A DNA stretch of 63,144 nt, taken from the NCBI GenBank assembly GCA_003942085.1, contig DQIQ01000004.1, forward strand, positions 1 to 63,144. The letters are read 5' to 3'. A program made the position numbers and the translations under genes. The notes beneath the pieces were generated by a model. That model saw only the letters and a program-made list of their open reading frames with translations. It made no database searches and had not been told where the DNA came from. Positions 34,913 to 43,316 of the stretch are shown piece by piece. Position 1 is the stretch's first letter. Each line of letters begins with the position of its first letter. Origin of the DNA: Thermoplasmata archaeon (lineage in GTDB: Archaea; Thermoplasmatota; E2; DHVEG-1).

Positions 34913-35051
34913 TGGGAGCACTGGGATTTGAACCCAGATCGACGGGTCTCTTCGTAGGTCATCGCTCCAGTTATTCATCATACGTCAGATGACCCTCTTG
35001 TAATCATACCTAACTGGAGCCCGTAATGATGCCGGGTTACACCATGCTCCC
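34913..35051 (-). tRNA. tRNA-Trp (anticodon CCA) with a 66-nt intron at the canonical 37/38 position
   Basis: Minus strand: acceptor GGGAGCA/TGCTCCC. Anticodon stem ACGGG/CCCGT and loop CUCCAG|intron|A (CCA at 35015-35017). T arm CTGGG-TTCAAAT-CCCAG. Mature length 73 nt. Confidence 0.8.
34948..35013 (-). ncRNA. tRNA-Trp intron carrying a box C/D guide RNA
   Basis: Boxes: C AUGAUUA (35001-35007), D' CUGA (34985-34988), C' AUGAUGA (34975-34981), D-like AUGA (34959-34962). Both spacers are exactly 12 nt. The D spacer contains UAACUGGAGC, complementary to GCUCCAGUUA at the anticodon loop/intron junction. Confidence 0.65.
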
Positions 35052-35064
35052 ATTATGATAGGTA

Positions 35065-35169
35065 TTACTGTTTCTGTCGTCGCATCCGTTTTTCTCGTCG
35101 CATCCGTTTCTTGCGCCATTTCCAGCGCATTTTCCTTCGCTTTTTCCATACTCGAGAACTGCGTTTCAT
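35065..35169 (-). CDS. rpl41e: 50S ribosomal protein L41e (34 aa; below the ORF-track cutoff)
   Basis: Minus-strand ORF MKRSSRVWKKRRKMRWKWRKKRMRREKRMRRQKQ*. The core MRWKWRKKRMRR matches eukaryotic RPL41 (MRAKWRKKRMRRLKRKRR) and archaeal L41e. An internal ATG at 35130 would give a 21-aa form. Confidence 0.75.
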   Translation of the reverse strand: MKRSSRVWKKRRKMRWKWRKKRMRREKRMRRQKQ

Positions 35170-35241
35170 TGGATTTTCCTCTGGTTTGTCTACCTTGCCC
35201 CTAAAATAGATAGCTATATTTAACTGTTTAGGAACAAAAAG

Positions 35242-35583
35242 CTATGGTTTCTCTGCTCTGTCAAGCCACACATATTTACAGCAGGTGCAATACCAGGCAG
35301 ATGATATCCATTCTTGCTTTCCATTCACCGGGTTTTTATGGCGGAACAATCTGACAAGTTTCAGGTCACAATTTGGGCATTTCCCATCGTACGATTTCTG
35401 ATAATCCTTTCCACCGATCGGATACATCAATGTATCGGAAGCAACCGTGTAAAGGAAATTACAGTCGGTGCACAGCCAGGCAGTCGGGACCCATTTACGT
35501 TTCCCATCCAAGGTCTTGTTTTGATACAACCGGACTGCTTTTGCGCTGCATTTGGGACATTTCTTTTTTATAGGTGACACCAC
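35242..35583 (-). CDS. tandem zinc-ribbon protein (internal duplication)
   Basis: 113 aa with a GTG start. Two repeats of CPxC-x(15-25)-W..(A/S)W.CxxC (CPKCSAKAVRLY...AWLCTDC and CPNCDLKLVRLF...AWYCTCC). Confidence 0.5.
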   Translation of the reverse strand: MVSPIKKKCPKCSAKAVRLYQNKTLDGKRKWVPTAWLCTDCNFLYTVASDTLMYPIGGKDYQKSYDGKCPNCDLKLVRLFRHKNPVNGKQEWISSAWYCTCCKYVWLDRAEKP

Positions 35584-35709
35584 CTCTTATAGTATGCTTG
35601 TTCTCTCCTACCTACATCATGTGCAGGTTTAAAAGATTCTCATACAACAGATTGTTTCCTTAAAGTATACTTTTAGAAAAGTGATACAAATGAAAAAAAA
35701 TGATTTAAG

Positions 35710-35784
35710 CGGGCTTGGAGGGATTCGAACCCTCGGCCAATCGGTTAAGAGCCGATTGCTCTAGCCTAGCTGAGCTACAAGCCC
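35710..35784 (-). tRNA. tRNA-Lys (anticodon CTT)
   Basis: Minus strand: acceptor GGGCTTG/CAAGCCC. D arm GCTC-AGCTAGGCT-AGAGC. Anticodon stem ATCGG/CCGAT with loop CTCTTAA. T arm GAGGG-TTCGAAT-CCCTC. No CCA. Confidence 0.85.
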
Positions 35785-35908
35785 CCTTGATAGAAAGTAT
35801 ATGGTGTAACATTCGCTATTATTTAGGTTTGACGATGGCATCGTATCGGCTTTGACAGATGAAGTAGGTCCTGAAAAAGGAATATCCTGACCAGATAAAA
35901 CTCTGGAG

Positions 35909-37312
35909 TTACTCGTCGATTACCTTGTATCCCTTTTCAGGTTTTATAAGGGAGATGACCAGCGGTGCTGGTTTTCCCTTCTGAGAAGGAATATCCTGCA
36001 CTTCTTTGACGTTAATCTGGACACCCGGACCTGCTTTTTTCGAATGAATCTCTTTTATTTTTTCAAAAATCAAATCAATCGAAGGACCAACGGTTCGCAG
36101 GTCTTCATCGATAATGACGAGGATGTCTATCTCATGAAGTGTTTTCTGAACAATCTGAAACTGCTTGACTTTTCTGGTTTTAAGATCATTCAGGATGCTG
36201 TATAGACTAGCAAAGGATGCTGCCGGGAACAACCGACCATCAGGTAGTACCACGCTATCGCTCCTTCTCCCCTCCACACCATCCTTAAGCACCGGGGTAT
36301 GCAGACCGCAGGGACAGTCATTATCCTCGGCCAGGACTATCCAATCATCCATCCCGGTGTATCGCACGATAGGCGTCGCCTTCCCATACAGTCGCGTCAC
36401 CACGATATGACCACGTTTTCCCTTTTCCACAGGTTCCCTATCCTCATCTATTGTCTCCACATGGAAATAATCATAGTTGACATGCCAGGTTCCTTCGTCG
36501 CATTCAAAAGCGATCGGAGCTCCAAGGGATTCTACCGACTCGTAGGTATTATACATTTTACATCCAAAAGCTTCCTCGACATAACTTCTGGTGTACTGCT
36601 CAAGGACAGACCCGCCCACGACAAGGGCTTTGGGGGTGATGTGTTCTCCATAACCTTTTCGTTTATAATACGCTAATTGAAAGAACGTGGCCGGGTAGGA
36701 ATACATAAGATCAGGTTTGAATCGATCAAGTTGCGTAATAATTTCCTTCATCGGAAGAAAAGCGTTCAACATGATGCGTTTATCCTTACGGTACACCAAG
36801 GAAGCTTTGGAATAAAAAAGGTTTTCAACGGTCGAGTCAGCCATATTTGGATTAAAATTACCGATATTTGCTAAGCGGGAGGTCCTCCAATTCAAATGCA
36901 GCTGATCAAACATTCGTAAGGTCGCCCCAATCCCACCGGTGAACACAGAAAAATCAGTGTAGATGGAGACTTGTTTTCCTGTTGAACCAGAGGTTGACAC
37001 GATGCGCGTGTTCTGTTTATTATACCCGCAAGGAAGGATATCGTTCGGAAAATGCTGGACTAGGTCTGGTTTTGAAACAAAAGGGATTTTTGCCACATCT
37101 TGTATCCCGGAGACATCCTGAAGACGAAGCCCAGCAGCTTCATACTTTTGATGATAGAGGGGGACTGTTTCTGCATACCGAAATGTCCTTCGCAGCGCTT
37201 TATCTCGATATTTTTTGATTTTCTCAGAGGAATATCTTCGCACTCTTGAAGCATCAAAAAGAAAATTCTTAAGAAACGGCAGAGCGGTGCCAGGATTAAG
37301 AAACGGATTCAT
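35909..37312 (-). CDS. PaaK/coenzyme F390 synthetase-like adenylate-forming ligase (paralog 3)
   Basis: 467 aa with VPLYHQKY and STSGSTGKQVSIYTD. Colinear with 24876-26270. Confidence 0.7.
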   Translation of the reverse strand: MNPFLNPGTALPFLKNFLFDASRVRRYSSEKIKKYRDKALRRTFRYAETVPLYHQKYEAAGLRLQDVSGIQDVAKIPFVSKPDLVQHFPNDILPCGYNKQNTRIVSTSGSTGKQVSIYTDFSVFTGGIGATLRMFDQLHLNWRTSRLANIGNFNPNMADSTVENLFYSKASLVYRKDKRIMLNAFLPMKEIITQLDRFKPDLMYSYPATFFQLAYYKRKGYGEHITPKALVVGGSVLEQYTRSYVEEAFGCKMYNTYESVESLGAPIAFECDEGTWHVNYDYFHVETIDEDREPVEKGKRGHIVVTRLYGKATPIVRYTGMDDWIVLAEDNDCPCGLHTPVLKDGVEGRRSDSVVLPDGRLFPAASFASLYSILNDLKTRKVKQFQIVQKTLHEIDILVIIDEDLRTVGPSIDLIFEKIKEIHSKKAGPGVQINVKEVQDIPSQKGKPAPLVISLIKPEKGYKVIDE

Positions 37313-37361
37313 ATGTAATCAATTTCTACCCCAATGCAAATATTAATAATATATTTTCTGA

Positions 37362-39386
37362 TTGCATCAAAGCGTGAAATACGCACTGAAATGCCTGAAA
37401 TGCGGTAAGACCTATTCTGAGAATCAATATATCTGTGCCTGTGAAAACAAATGTGACGCGCTTTTAAAGACCGTCTATGAACAAAAAAAATTCACCATCG
37501 ATGAGTCTTACCAGGGGATCTGGCGATATCATCAGTGGCTGCCGATACAAAAAATAGACCAACGGCTTGTCGATTCCAGCAGCTCACCGCTTACCTATAA
37601 AAGCACTAAACTTGCGGCACATCTTGGGTTGAAGAACCTTTTCATCTGCTTAAACGCGTACCCGCATTGTCATACCGGGTCGTTTAAGGACCTTGAGGCG
37701 GAAGTGACCTTCCAGCGAGTCATGAACACATTTGACTCTGGAAAGCCCTTGGTGATGTCCTCCGATGGAAACAATGCGATAGCATTTGTGCATTATTCCA
37801 ATGTGATCCGGTACCCGATTTTCTTATTTGCAACAGAAGATGCACGTCTGAGACGGATCTGGTCGTTCTCTAAATCCAATCCCTATACCCGGCTTTTCCC
37901 CATCGAGGGTGATTACTTTGATGCAATCAACCTTGCCAATCAATTTGCCCATGTGGAAGGGTATCTTTCAGAGGGCGGTTTCCGCAATGTCGGCCGTCGA
38001 GACAGCGTCGGAACCATGATGCTAGAGGTGACTCAGCTGCTTGGTCATCTCCCTGATCATTACTTCCAGGCGCTTGGCTCAGGCCCTGGTGCTATTGCAG
38101 CCTACGAGGCTTCAGAACGGCTCATCCTTGATGGTCGGTTTGGAAAAAAGCTTCCGAAAATTCATGGTGCTCAAAACTATCCTTTTGTCCCGATGGTCGA
38201 AGCATGGGAAAACAATAGCCGGAAAATCGATGAACGGTTCCAAACCGTTTCAGCAAAGCAATTAATCGACCAAACCTTGGCGCATGTGCTGACAAACCGC
38301 TTTCCCGCGTACTCTCTCATCGGCGGCATGTATGATGTTCTCCAAGAGACCAAGGGAGAGATGTACAGCGTCACCAACGAAGAAATCGAAAAAGCTCAAT
38401 TGTTATTTGAAAAACTCGAAGGCATCAGCGTTGTTCCCGAGGCAGGCGTAACCATCGCATCATTACAACAAGCCATTCGCAAAGAAACGGTGTCACCACA
38501 GGATTACATTGTGGTGAACGTGACCGGTGGCGGCAGAAAAGAAATCAAAAGAGAACGAATCCATATTGAACCTTATAAATTTACAACGAAAAAACAACAG
38601 ATAAACCAAAGATCACTCGAAGAAAAAATACAGCATTCAAAGGAGCTCATTCAAGAGTCTCTTCAAACGTATGGGGACAAGGTCGCTGTTGCCTGCAGCT
38701 GGGGAAAGGACAGCATGGTCCTGTTGCACTTGGCACGAACCGTGAACCCAGATATCCCTATCTTTTCTGTGTTGACCATCCATAAACCAAAGGAGACCTT
38801 TGATTTTGTTGTAAAAGTTATCCAACAATACCACATCAAACCAAATATTTTCATGGTTGGAGACACGATACCTGAGGTGTTTTTGAAAAACAACATTGAA
38901 GTCACCCTGTTGCCCATGGACGAGTATCGCCTGGAGGAAGAAAAAATAAAAAAAGAGACAGGACATGAAATCTACTTCGCAGACCCTGATATCTGCTGCA
39001 AGCTTCTAAAAGTCGTTCCAGTCCGCTATGCATATACGACGCTTGGATTACGCGCTTGGTTCAGCGGGCTACGAAGCTCAGAGGGGTACACAAGGAAGTA
39101 TTTAGCTGAAATTGAAAAAATAAGTGAAAGCGAAACGAAAATCAACCCCCTGCTCAGCTGGACTGAAGAGGAGATATGGAAATATATTAAAAACAACAAA
39201 CTCCCCGCGCATCCCTGGTATAAAAAAAGATATAATGATGGACGAAAAATCCGATCGCTAGGATGTGAACCATGCACGGTCCCTATATTCGACCATGAAA
39301 GTGAACGGGATGGCCGATGGAGAAAGACCCTGAAAAAAGGAGGGGAATGCGGCATTCATACCCGTTCATCAGGTGAGAGGAAATGA
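37362..39386 (+). CDS. fusion protein: Zn-ribbon + threonine-synthase-like PLP domain + CysH-type (P)APS reductase domain
   Basis: 674 aa. N-terminal CLKCGK..CACENKC. PLP-lysine motif HTGSFKD (ThrC/cysteate-synthase type). C-terminal half has the PP-loop-like VAVACSWGKDSMVLLHL, CCKLLKV, GLRSSEG, SLGCEPCT and the terminal ECGIH redox motif. TTG start at 37362 (GTG at 37374 also possible). Confidence 0.7.
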   Translation: MHQSVKYALKCLKCGKTYSENQYICACENKCDALLKTVYEQKKFTIDESYQGIWRYHQWLPIQKIDQRLVDSSSSPLTYKSTKLAAHLGLKNLFICLNAYPHCHTGSFKDLEAEVTFQRVMNTFDSGKPLVMSSDGNNAIAFVHYSNVIRYPIFLFATEDARLRRIWSFSKSNPYTRLFPIEGDYFDAINLANQFAHVEGYLSEGGFRNVGRRDSVGTMMLEVTQLLGHLPDHYFQALGSGPGAIAAYEASERLILDGRFGKKLPKIHGAQNYPFVPMVEAWENNSRKIDERFQTVSAKQLIDQTLAHVLTNRFPAYSLIGGMYDVLQETKGEMYSVTNEEIEKAQLLFEKLEGISVVPEAGVTIASLQQAIRKETVSPQDYIVVNVTGGGRKEIKRERIHIEPYKFTTKKQQINQRSLEEKIQHSKELIQESLQTYGDKVAVACSWGKDSMVLLHLARTVNPDIPIFSVLTIHKPKETFDFVVKVIQQYHIKPNIFMVGDTIPEVFLKNNIEVTLLPMDEYRLEEEKIKKETGHEIYFADPDICCKLLKVVPVRYAYTTLGLRAWFSGLRSSEGYTRKYLAEIEKISESETKINPLLSWTEEEIWKYIKNNKLPAHPWYKKRYNDGRKIRSLGCEPCTVPIFDHESERDGRWRKTLKKGGECGIHTRSSGERK

Positions 39387-40006
39387 GAGTCGCAAAAGGG
39401 TGTTGGTCTTGGGTAGCACCCCCGCTGCTCGGCAGTGTGCTTTTTTCAGCTCTTGTCATCTGGTTTTCACCATGGTTCCTTATTGGCGCAATCCCTATGA
39501 TTTGCGTTTTGGTTTTTTTCCTGATCTTCTTCCGGGACCCGGAACGAAAGATCGGTGATGGCGTTATTGCTCCAGCCGATGGAGAAATCAGAGACATTAA
39601 AAAAGAAAAAGACCAGGTCCTCATCTCCACGTTCATGGAGGTCAACAATGTCCATGTCAACAGGATGCCTATTGCTGGACGGATCATTAAAATGACGCAT
39701 TTTCCCGGATATCATCTGAGAGCCTGGAAAAAAGAATCTGATCTGAACGAACGGGTCGTCATCACCATCGACACCTCAATAGGGCAAGTTACGGTTGTAC
39801 AGCTCGCAGGACTCATCGCGCGTCGTGTGTATCCCTATATCAAAGATGGAGACGTGCTTAAGAAAGGAGACAGAATCGGAATCATCAGACTTGGTTCACG
39901 GGTCGATGTGTATCTCCCAGCAGAAAAAATAAAATCGATAAACGTGAAAATCGGCGATCCGGTAAGAGCAGGTGAAGACACCATTGCCTTTTTGAAAGAG
40001 GAATGA
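39383..40006 (+). CDS. phosphatidylserine/archaetidylserine decarboxylase-like pyruvoyl proenzyme
   Basis: 207 aa with an N-terminal TM region and the self-cleavage-type motif RLGSRVDVYLP. ATGA overlap with the upstream fusion gene. Confidence 0.7.
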   Translation: MRVAKGCWSWVAPPLLGSVLFSALVIWFSPWFLIGAIPMICVLVFFLIFFRDPERKIGDGVIAPADGEIRDIKKEKDQVLISTFMEVNNVHVNRMPIAGRIIKMTHFPGYHLRAWKKESDLNERVVITIDTSIGQVTVVQLAGLIARRVYPYIKDGDVLKKGDRIGIIRLGSRVDVYLPAEKIKSINVKIGDPVRAGEDTIAFLKEE

Positions 40007-40012
40007 ACAGCG

Positions 40013-40795
40013 TCACTCTGGTTCTTTGGTTTTTTTTGCTTTTTTCGTAGCTTTTCTTTTTGGTTTGGGTTTCGGTTTTGCTTCTTCTTCGTCAGCTTGG
40101 GTCGACTCAGTCGGTGAATCTATAACAGCTGGTTCTTCGGTCGTTCCAGCAGCAGGAACAGAATCTTCTGCTTTAGAGATATACTTCGCATCAATTCGAT
40201 CTGTGATGTACACATCCTTACCAGCTCGGAAGATCTGTACACCATCTTCTATTGCTTTTTTCCCATCGATACGCAGGATCAACGGAACCTCTGTCCGGAC
40301 TTTACCTGCCTCAATTGCTTTTTCTATGCTCCCACTGAGATGCACGTTCTTCCGATCAATCGGGTTAAGACCACCCTCAAGGATGATGTCGATTTCTTCC
40401 TCAGTCACCGGGTAGAAAAACTCGTCGAGCTCCGCAGGTGGTAAATCATCAAGACGGATGTCAATGGTGTGACCGTAGGTCGCCCTGATCATGCCACCAT
40501 CAATCTGATACCTGCCTTTCGGGTCGGTGAGTGCGATCGCCTCGATATGATGCTCCCGAAGCCATTGGAATCCTGATCTGCTCACGCCTACTGCTTCAAC
40601 AAACTCAGAGATATCAACCCAGCCATGGCCATCGACCATAACACCGAGTTTCTCTGGGAAATGACGAAGAACCCCTGCCATGATACGACCAAGGGAATCA
40701 AGTTCACGATCACTCATGAGGAATTTTCCTTTCTCTTTGCACACTGGGCATATCTCTCCACGATAATACCCGTGTTCATCACATTTTCCGAGCAT
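40013..40795 (-). CDS. kptA: RNA 2'-phosphotransferase (Tpt1/KptA) with N-terminal Zn knuckle and Lys-rich C-terminal tail
   Basis: LGRIMAGVLRHFPEKLG, KGRYQI, IRATYGHT and RKNVHLS motifs. N-terminal CDEH..CPVC. Tail KPKPKPKRKATKKAKKTK. The ATG at 40795 is preferred over the 40960 extension. Confidence 0.75.
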   Translation of the reverse strand: MLGKCDEHGYYRGEICPVCKEKGKFLMSDRELDSLGRIMAGVLRHFPEKLGVMVDGHGWVDISEFVEAVGVSRSGFQWLREHHIEAIALTDPKGRYQIDGGMIRATYGHTIDIRLDDLPPAELDEFFYPVTEEEIDIILEGGLNPIDRKNVHLSGSIEKAIEAGKVRTEVPLILRIDGKKAIEDGVQIFRAGKDVYITDRIDAKYISKAEDSVPAAGTTEEPAVIDSPTESTQADEEEAKPKPKPKRKATKKAKKTKEPE

Positions 40796-40884
40796 AGTTT
40801 CACGTTCTGTAATAGTATAAGATGTATAAGTTTTTGTATTCCTTGTTATATTACCCTGTTGGTGGACCAGTGGAACAAGAAGAG

Positions 40885-41562
40885 ATGAAAAAACAGGCCG
40901 CGGAAAAAGCAGTGCAATATATCGAAGACGGGATGGTGATCGGCCTTGGGACCGGCTCAACCGTTGAGTTCGCGGTAAAAAAAATCGGGGAGATGGTAAA
41001 AGGCGGCTTGAAAATAACAGGGATCCCTACTTCACTAAAGACAAAAAGGTTAGCAACTGAGCTCAAAATCCCGCTGATAGACCTTGATGACCATACGACC
41101 ATTGACATCACCATCGATGGTGCTGACGAGGTGGATTCCAATCTGAATCTGATCAAAGGCGGTGGTGGCGCGCTGACCAGGGAAAAGATCATTGCGTTTC
41201 ATTCAAAAAAAGTCATCATCATCGTTGATGAAACAAAGATAGTAAAAGGCCTGGGGTGTGACTCGTTCCTCCCTGTTGAGGTCACTAAGTTCGGATGGTC
41301 AGCCACTAAAAAAGCATTGGAAGGGCTTGGGTGCACAGGGGAATTACGTAAGATCATGGATGAGGCGTTCATCACGGATAATCAGAACTACATCATCGAT
41401 TGTGATTTCGGAAAGATAACAGACGCTGAGGCATTAGAAAAGGAGATCAATAATATCCCTGGCGTCTTAGAAAACGGGTTGTTTATCGGTCTGGCAGATG
41501 AAGTCATCGTCGGCAGCAAACAAGGCATGATGACGTTAGAACGACAAGATATCGTGCAATAG
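40885..41562 (+). CDS. rpiA: ribose-5-phosphate isomerase A
   Basis: GMVIGLGTGSTV, DGADEVD and KGGGGALTREK motifs. The ATG at 40885 is preferred. Confidence 0.85.
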   Translation: MKKQAAEKAVQYIEDGMVIGLGTGSTVEFAVKKIGEMVKGGLKITGIPTSLKTKRLATELKIPLIDLDDHTTIDITIDGADEVDSNLNLIKGGGGALTREKIIAFHSKKVIIIVDETKIVKGLGCDSFLPVEVTKFGWSATKKALEGLGCTGELRKIMDEAFITDNQNYIIDCDFGKITDAEALEKEINNIPGVLENGLFIGLADEVIVGSKQGMMTLERQDIVQ

Positions 41563-41571
41563 ATTACATTT

Positions 41572-42312
41572 TTGTTTTCAGAAGGATGGCTTACACAGAT
41601 GTTTTTCTCAGAGATGACCGCACGGGATACCTTAAAAAGAACGAAACAAAAAATGACAGAGTACCAGATAGGGATTTTAGAGCAGCTCAACGCAATCGAA
41701 GTAGATGCGCATTGGTTCCGTCGTGTGTTCCATACGTTTGCAGCCTCGTTTTTATTTTACTACCTGTTACCAGACGAGAAATGGATTAATCTTGGAAAAA
41801 TTGTCCTCCCGATCATCATCGTAGCATGTATGGCTGTGGTCGAATATCAACGGATACGAGGCGGTCTTGATCACCATCGGTTCTTTGGCCTGCGGAACTA
41901 TGAGAAGAAACGACCAGCGAGCTATCTGTATTTTGGCATCGGTGTTCTCGTATTGTTTCTGTTGTTTCCCCAGCAGATAGCGATCCCCTGCATTCTGTGC
42001 GCGTCGTTCACCGATCCGATCATCGGTGAATCCCGGTATTATCTTGGGAAAAAACGCGCGTATCTCATTGGTTTTGTCGTTTCACTGTGTTTCTTCCTGG
42101 TGAGCTGGTACCGCGCAGACTGGTGGATATTACTCCTTGTGTGTTTGCTAGGTGCCACCGGGGTGCTGATCGGTGAGGCAAAGAAACTCAGATTTGTTGA
42201 TGATGACCTTATGATCCAGATGCTCCCTGCTATCCTTCTGCTGTTGCTATGGCAAGGATGTGTAGCTCTAGGTGTGAATATCTTACCGCCAAAGATGATC
42301 CTTCCGCTATGA
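41572..42312 (+). CDS. polytopic membrane protein, dolichol/polyprenol kinase-like (COG0170-like)
   Basis: About 6 TM helices. RRVFHTFAAS, FTDPIIGE and VDDDLMIQMLP are reminiscent of the CTP-dependent polyprenol kinase / CTP-transferase-1 superfamily. Start is uncertain. Confidence 0.4.
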   Translation: MFSEGWLTQMFFSEMTARDTLKRTKQKMTEYQIGILEQLNAIEVDAHWFRRVFHTFAASFLFYYLLPDEKWINLGKIVLPIIIVACMAVVEYQRIRGGLDHHRFFGLRNYEKKRPASYLYFGIGVLVLFLLFPQQIAIPCILCASFTDPIIGESRYYLGKKRAYLIGFVVSLCFFLVSWYRADWWILLLVCLLGATGVLIGEAKKLRFVDDDLMIQMLPAILLLLLWQGCVALGVNILPPKMILPL

Positions 42313-42590
42313 TAGAAAAGGAAAAGATGATGAAGACCTCGACCAACCGAAGAAATGAATCAGCTCAGAAGCTGCTGCTACGCTTAGAGTTATGGTTTGC
42401 ACCATTGCTTCTGGTCGTCCCTCTTATTGTATCGTTGGTTTTTTTAGGGGATTGGTATGTGAAAGGATTTATTGGAAGGTCTGCAAGCTATGATGGAGAA
42501 TTGTTCCTCGGATTGCTTCTGTTAATTGGTAATCTTTTGTTTGATATCCCCTTTTTACGATCACTAAGGATGCAAAAGAAAAAACAATGA
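42309..42590 (+). CDS. small two-TM membrane protein
   Basis: ATGA overlap with the upstream gene. Hydrophobic helices LWFAPLLLVVPLIVSLVFL and LFLGLLLLIGNLLF. Confidence 0.45.
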   Translation: MIEKEKMMKTSTNRRNESAQKLLLRLELWFAPLLLVVPLIVSLVFLGDWYVKGFIGRSASYDGELFLGLLLLIGNLLFDIPFLRSLRMQKKKQ

Positions 42591-42596
42591 CCGGTA

Positions 42597-43232
42597 TTAT
42601 TTTGCTTTGTTTTTTTTCGCTCGTGCTAGGTGACGATACACAAAATACAGACACCCAATGATAATGAGGATAATGATGACGATGTCAAGTCCTTCAAGAT
42701 ACTGGCTTACTTCATCCCAGTGTTGTCCTAAAAGAAATCCAAGATAAGTAAGGATGGCGTTCCAAATCGTCGCACCAAGGATGGTGTATACTGTGAATTT
42801 TTTAACATTCATCTTTCCGATACCGGCGATAAGGGAGATGAGATGGCGAACGACAGGGACAAGCCGGGCGATGAATACCGTAAGCTCCCCTCGTTTGTTG
42901 AACCATTCCTCGGTTTTTTTGATATCCTCAGTATCAACCAAAACGTATTTTCCATATTTTTCAACGAGTCTATGCCCCCCGGTTTTTCCGATATAATAAA
43001 AGATGAGAGAACCAGTGATGCTCCCCAAGGTACTAGCGATGATAACGAATATAAAATTAAAAGACCCTTGTGCCACTAAAAATCCTGCGAACGGCATGAC
43101 AAACTCAGAAGGAACAGGGACGACCATGCTTTCCAGCATCATCAGGAAAAATATTCCAGCATACCCCAAGAGAGAAATGGTTGAAAGAGCAAAGCTCCCG
43201 ATAACTGCAAAAATTTCTGTGAGGAATGACAT
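42597..43232 (-). CDS. DedA family membrane protein
   Basis: 211 aa with VPVPSEFVMPFAGFLVAQG and G..RLVPVVRHLISLIAG motifs. Confidence 0.8.
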   Translation of the reverse strand: MSFLTEIFAVIGSFALSTISLLGYAGIFFLMMLESMVVPVPSEFVMPFAGFLVAQGSFNFIFVIIASTLGSITGSLIFYYIGKTGGHRLVEKYGKYVLVDTEDIKKTEEWFNKRGELTVFIARLVPVVRHLISLIAGIGKMNVKKFTVYTILGATIWNAILTYLGFLLGQHWDEVSQYLEGLDIVIIILIIIGCLYFVYRHLARAKKNKAK

Positions 43233-43316
43233 AGGATGCCAAGGAAAATCATGTAGGCCTATTTATACTTCGTTCTTTCATTGGCGGTGAACTAGAGTCG
43301 ATCAGTAAAAAAAAAA

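Noticed and set aside
32782-35908. tRNA-flanked islet as an integrated mobile element or provirus.
   Set aside because: No integrase, transposase or capsid-like genes are present. I could not find a direct repeat of a tRNA 3' end by eye. It is kept only as a compositional or rearrangement observation, not a mobile_element feature.
39283-39687. 134-aa minus-strand ORF spanning the ThrC-CysH / PSD junction.
   Set aside because: It is antisense to two genes with strong motifs and an ATGA coupling, and has no motifs of its own. It is a shadow ORF.
40796-40960. N-terminal extensions of kptA (to 40960) and rpiA (from 40822) proposed by the ORF track, which would make the two divergent genes overlap.
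   Set aside because: The extensions have no similarity to the respective families. They consist of low-complexity residues and would remove the shared promoter region. Internal ATGs at 40795 and 40885 give canonical N-termini.
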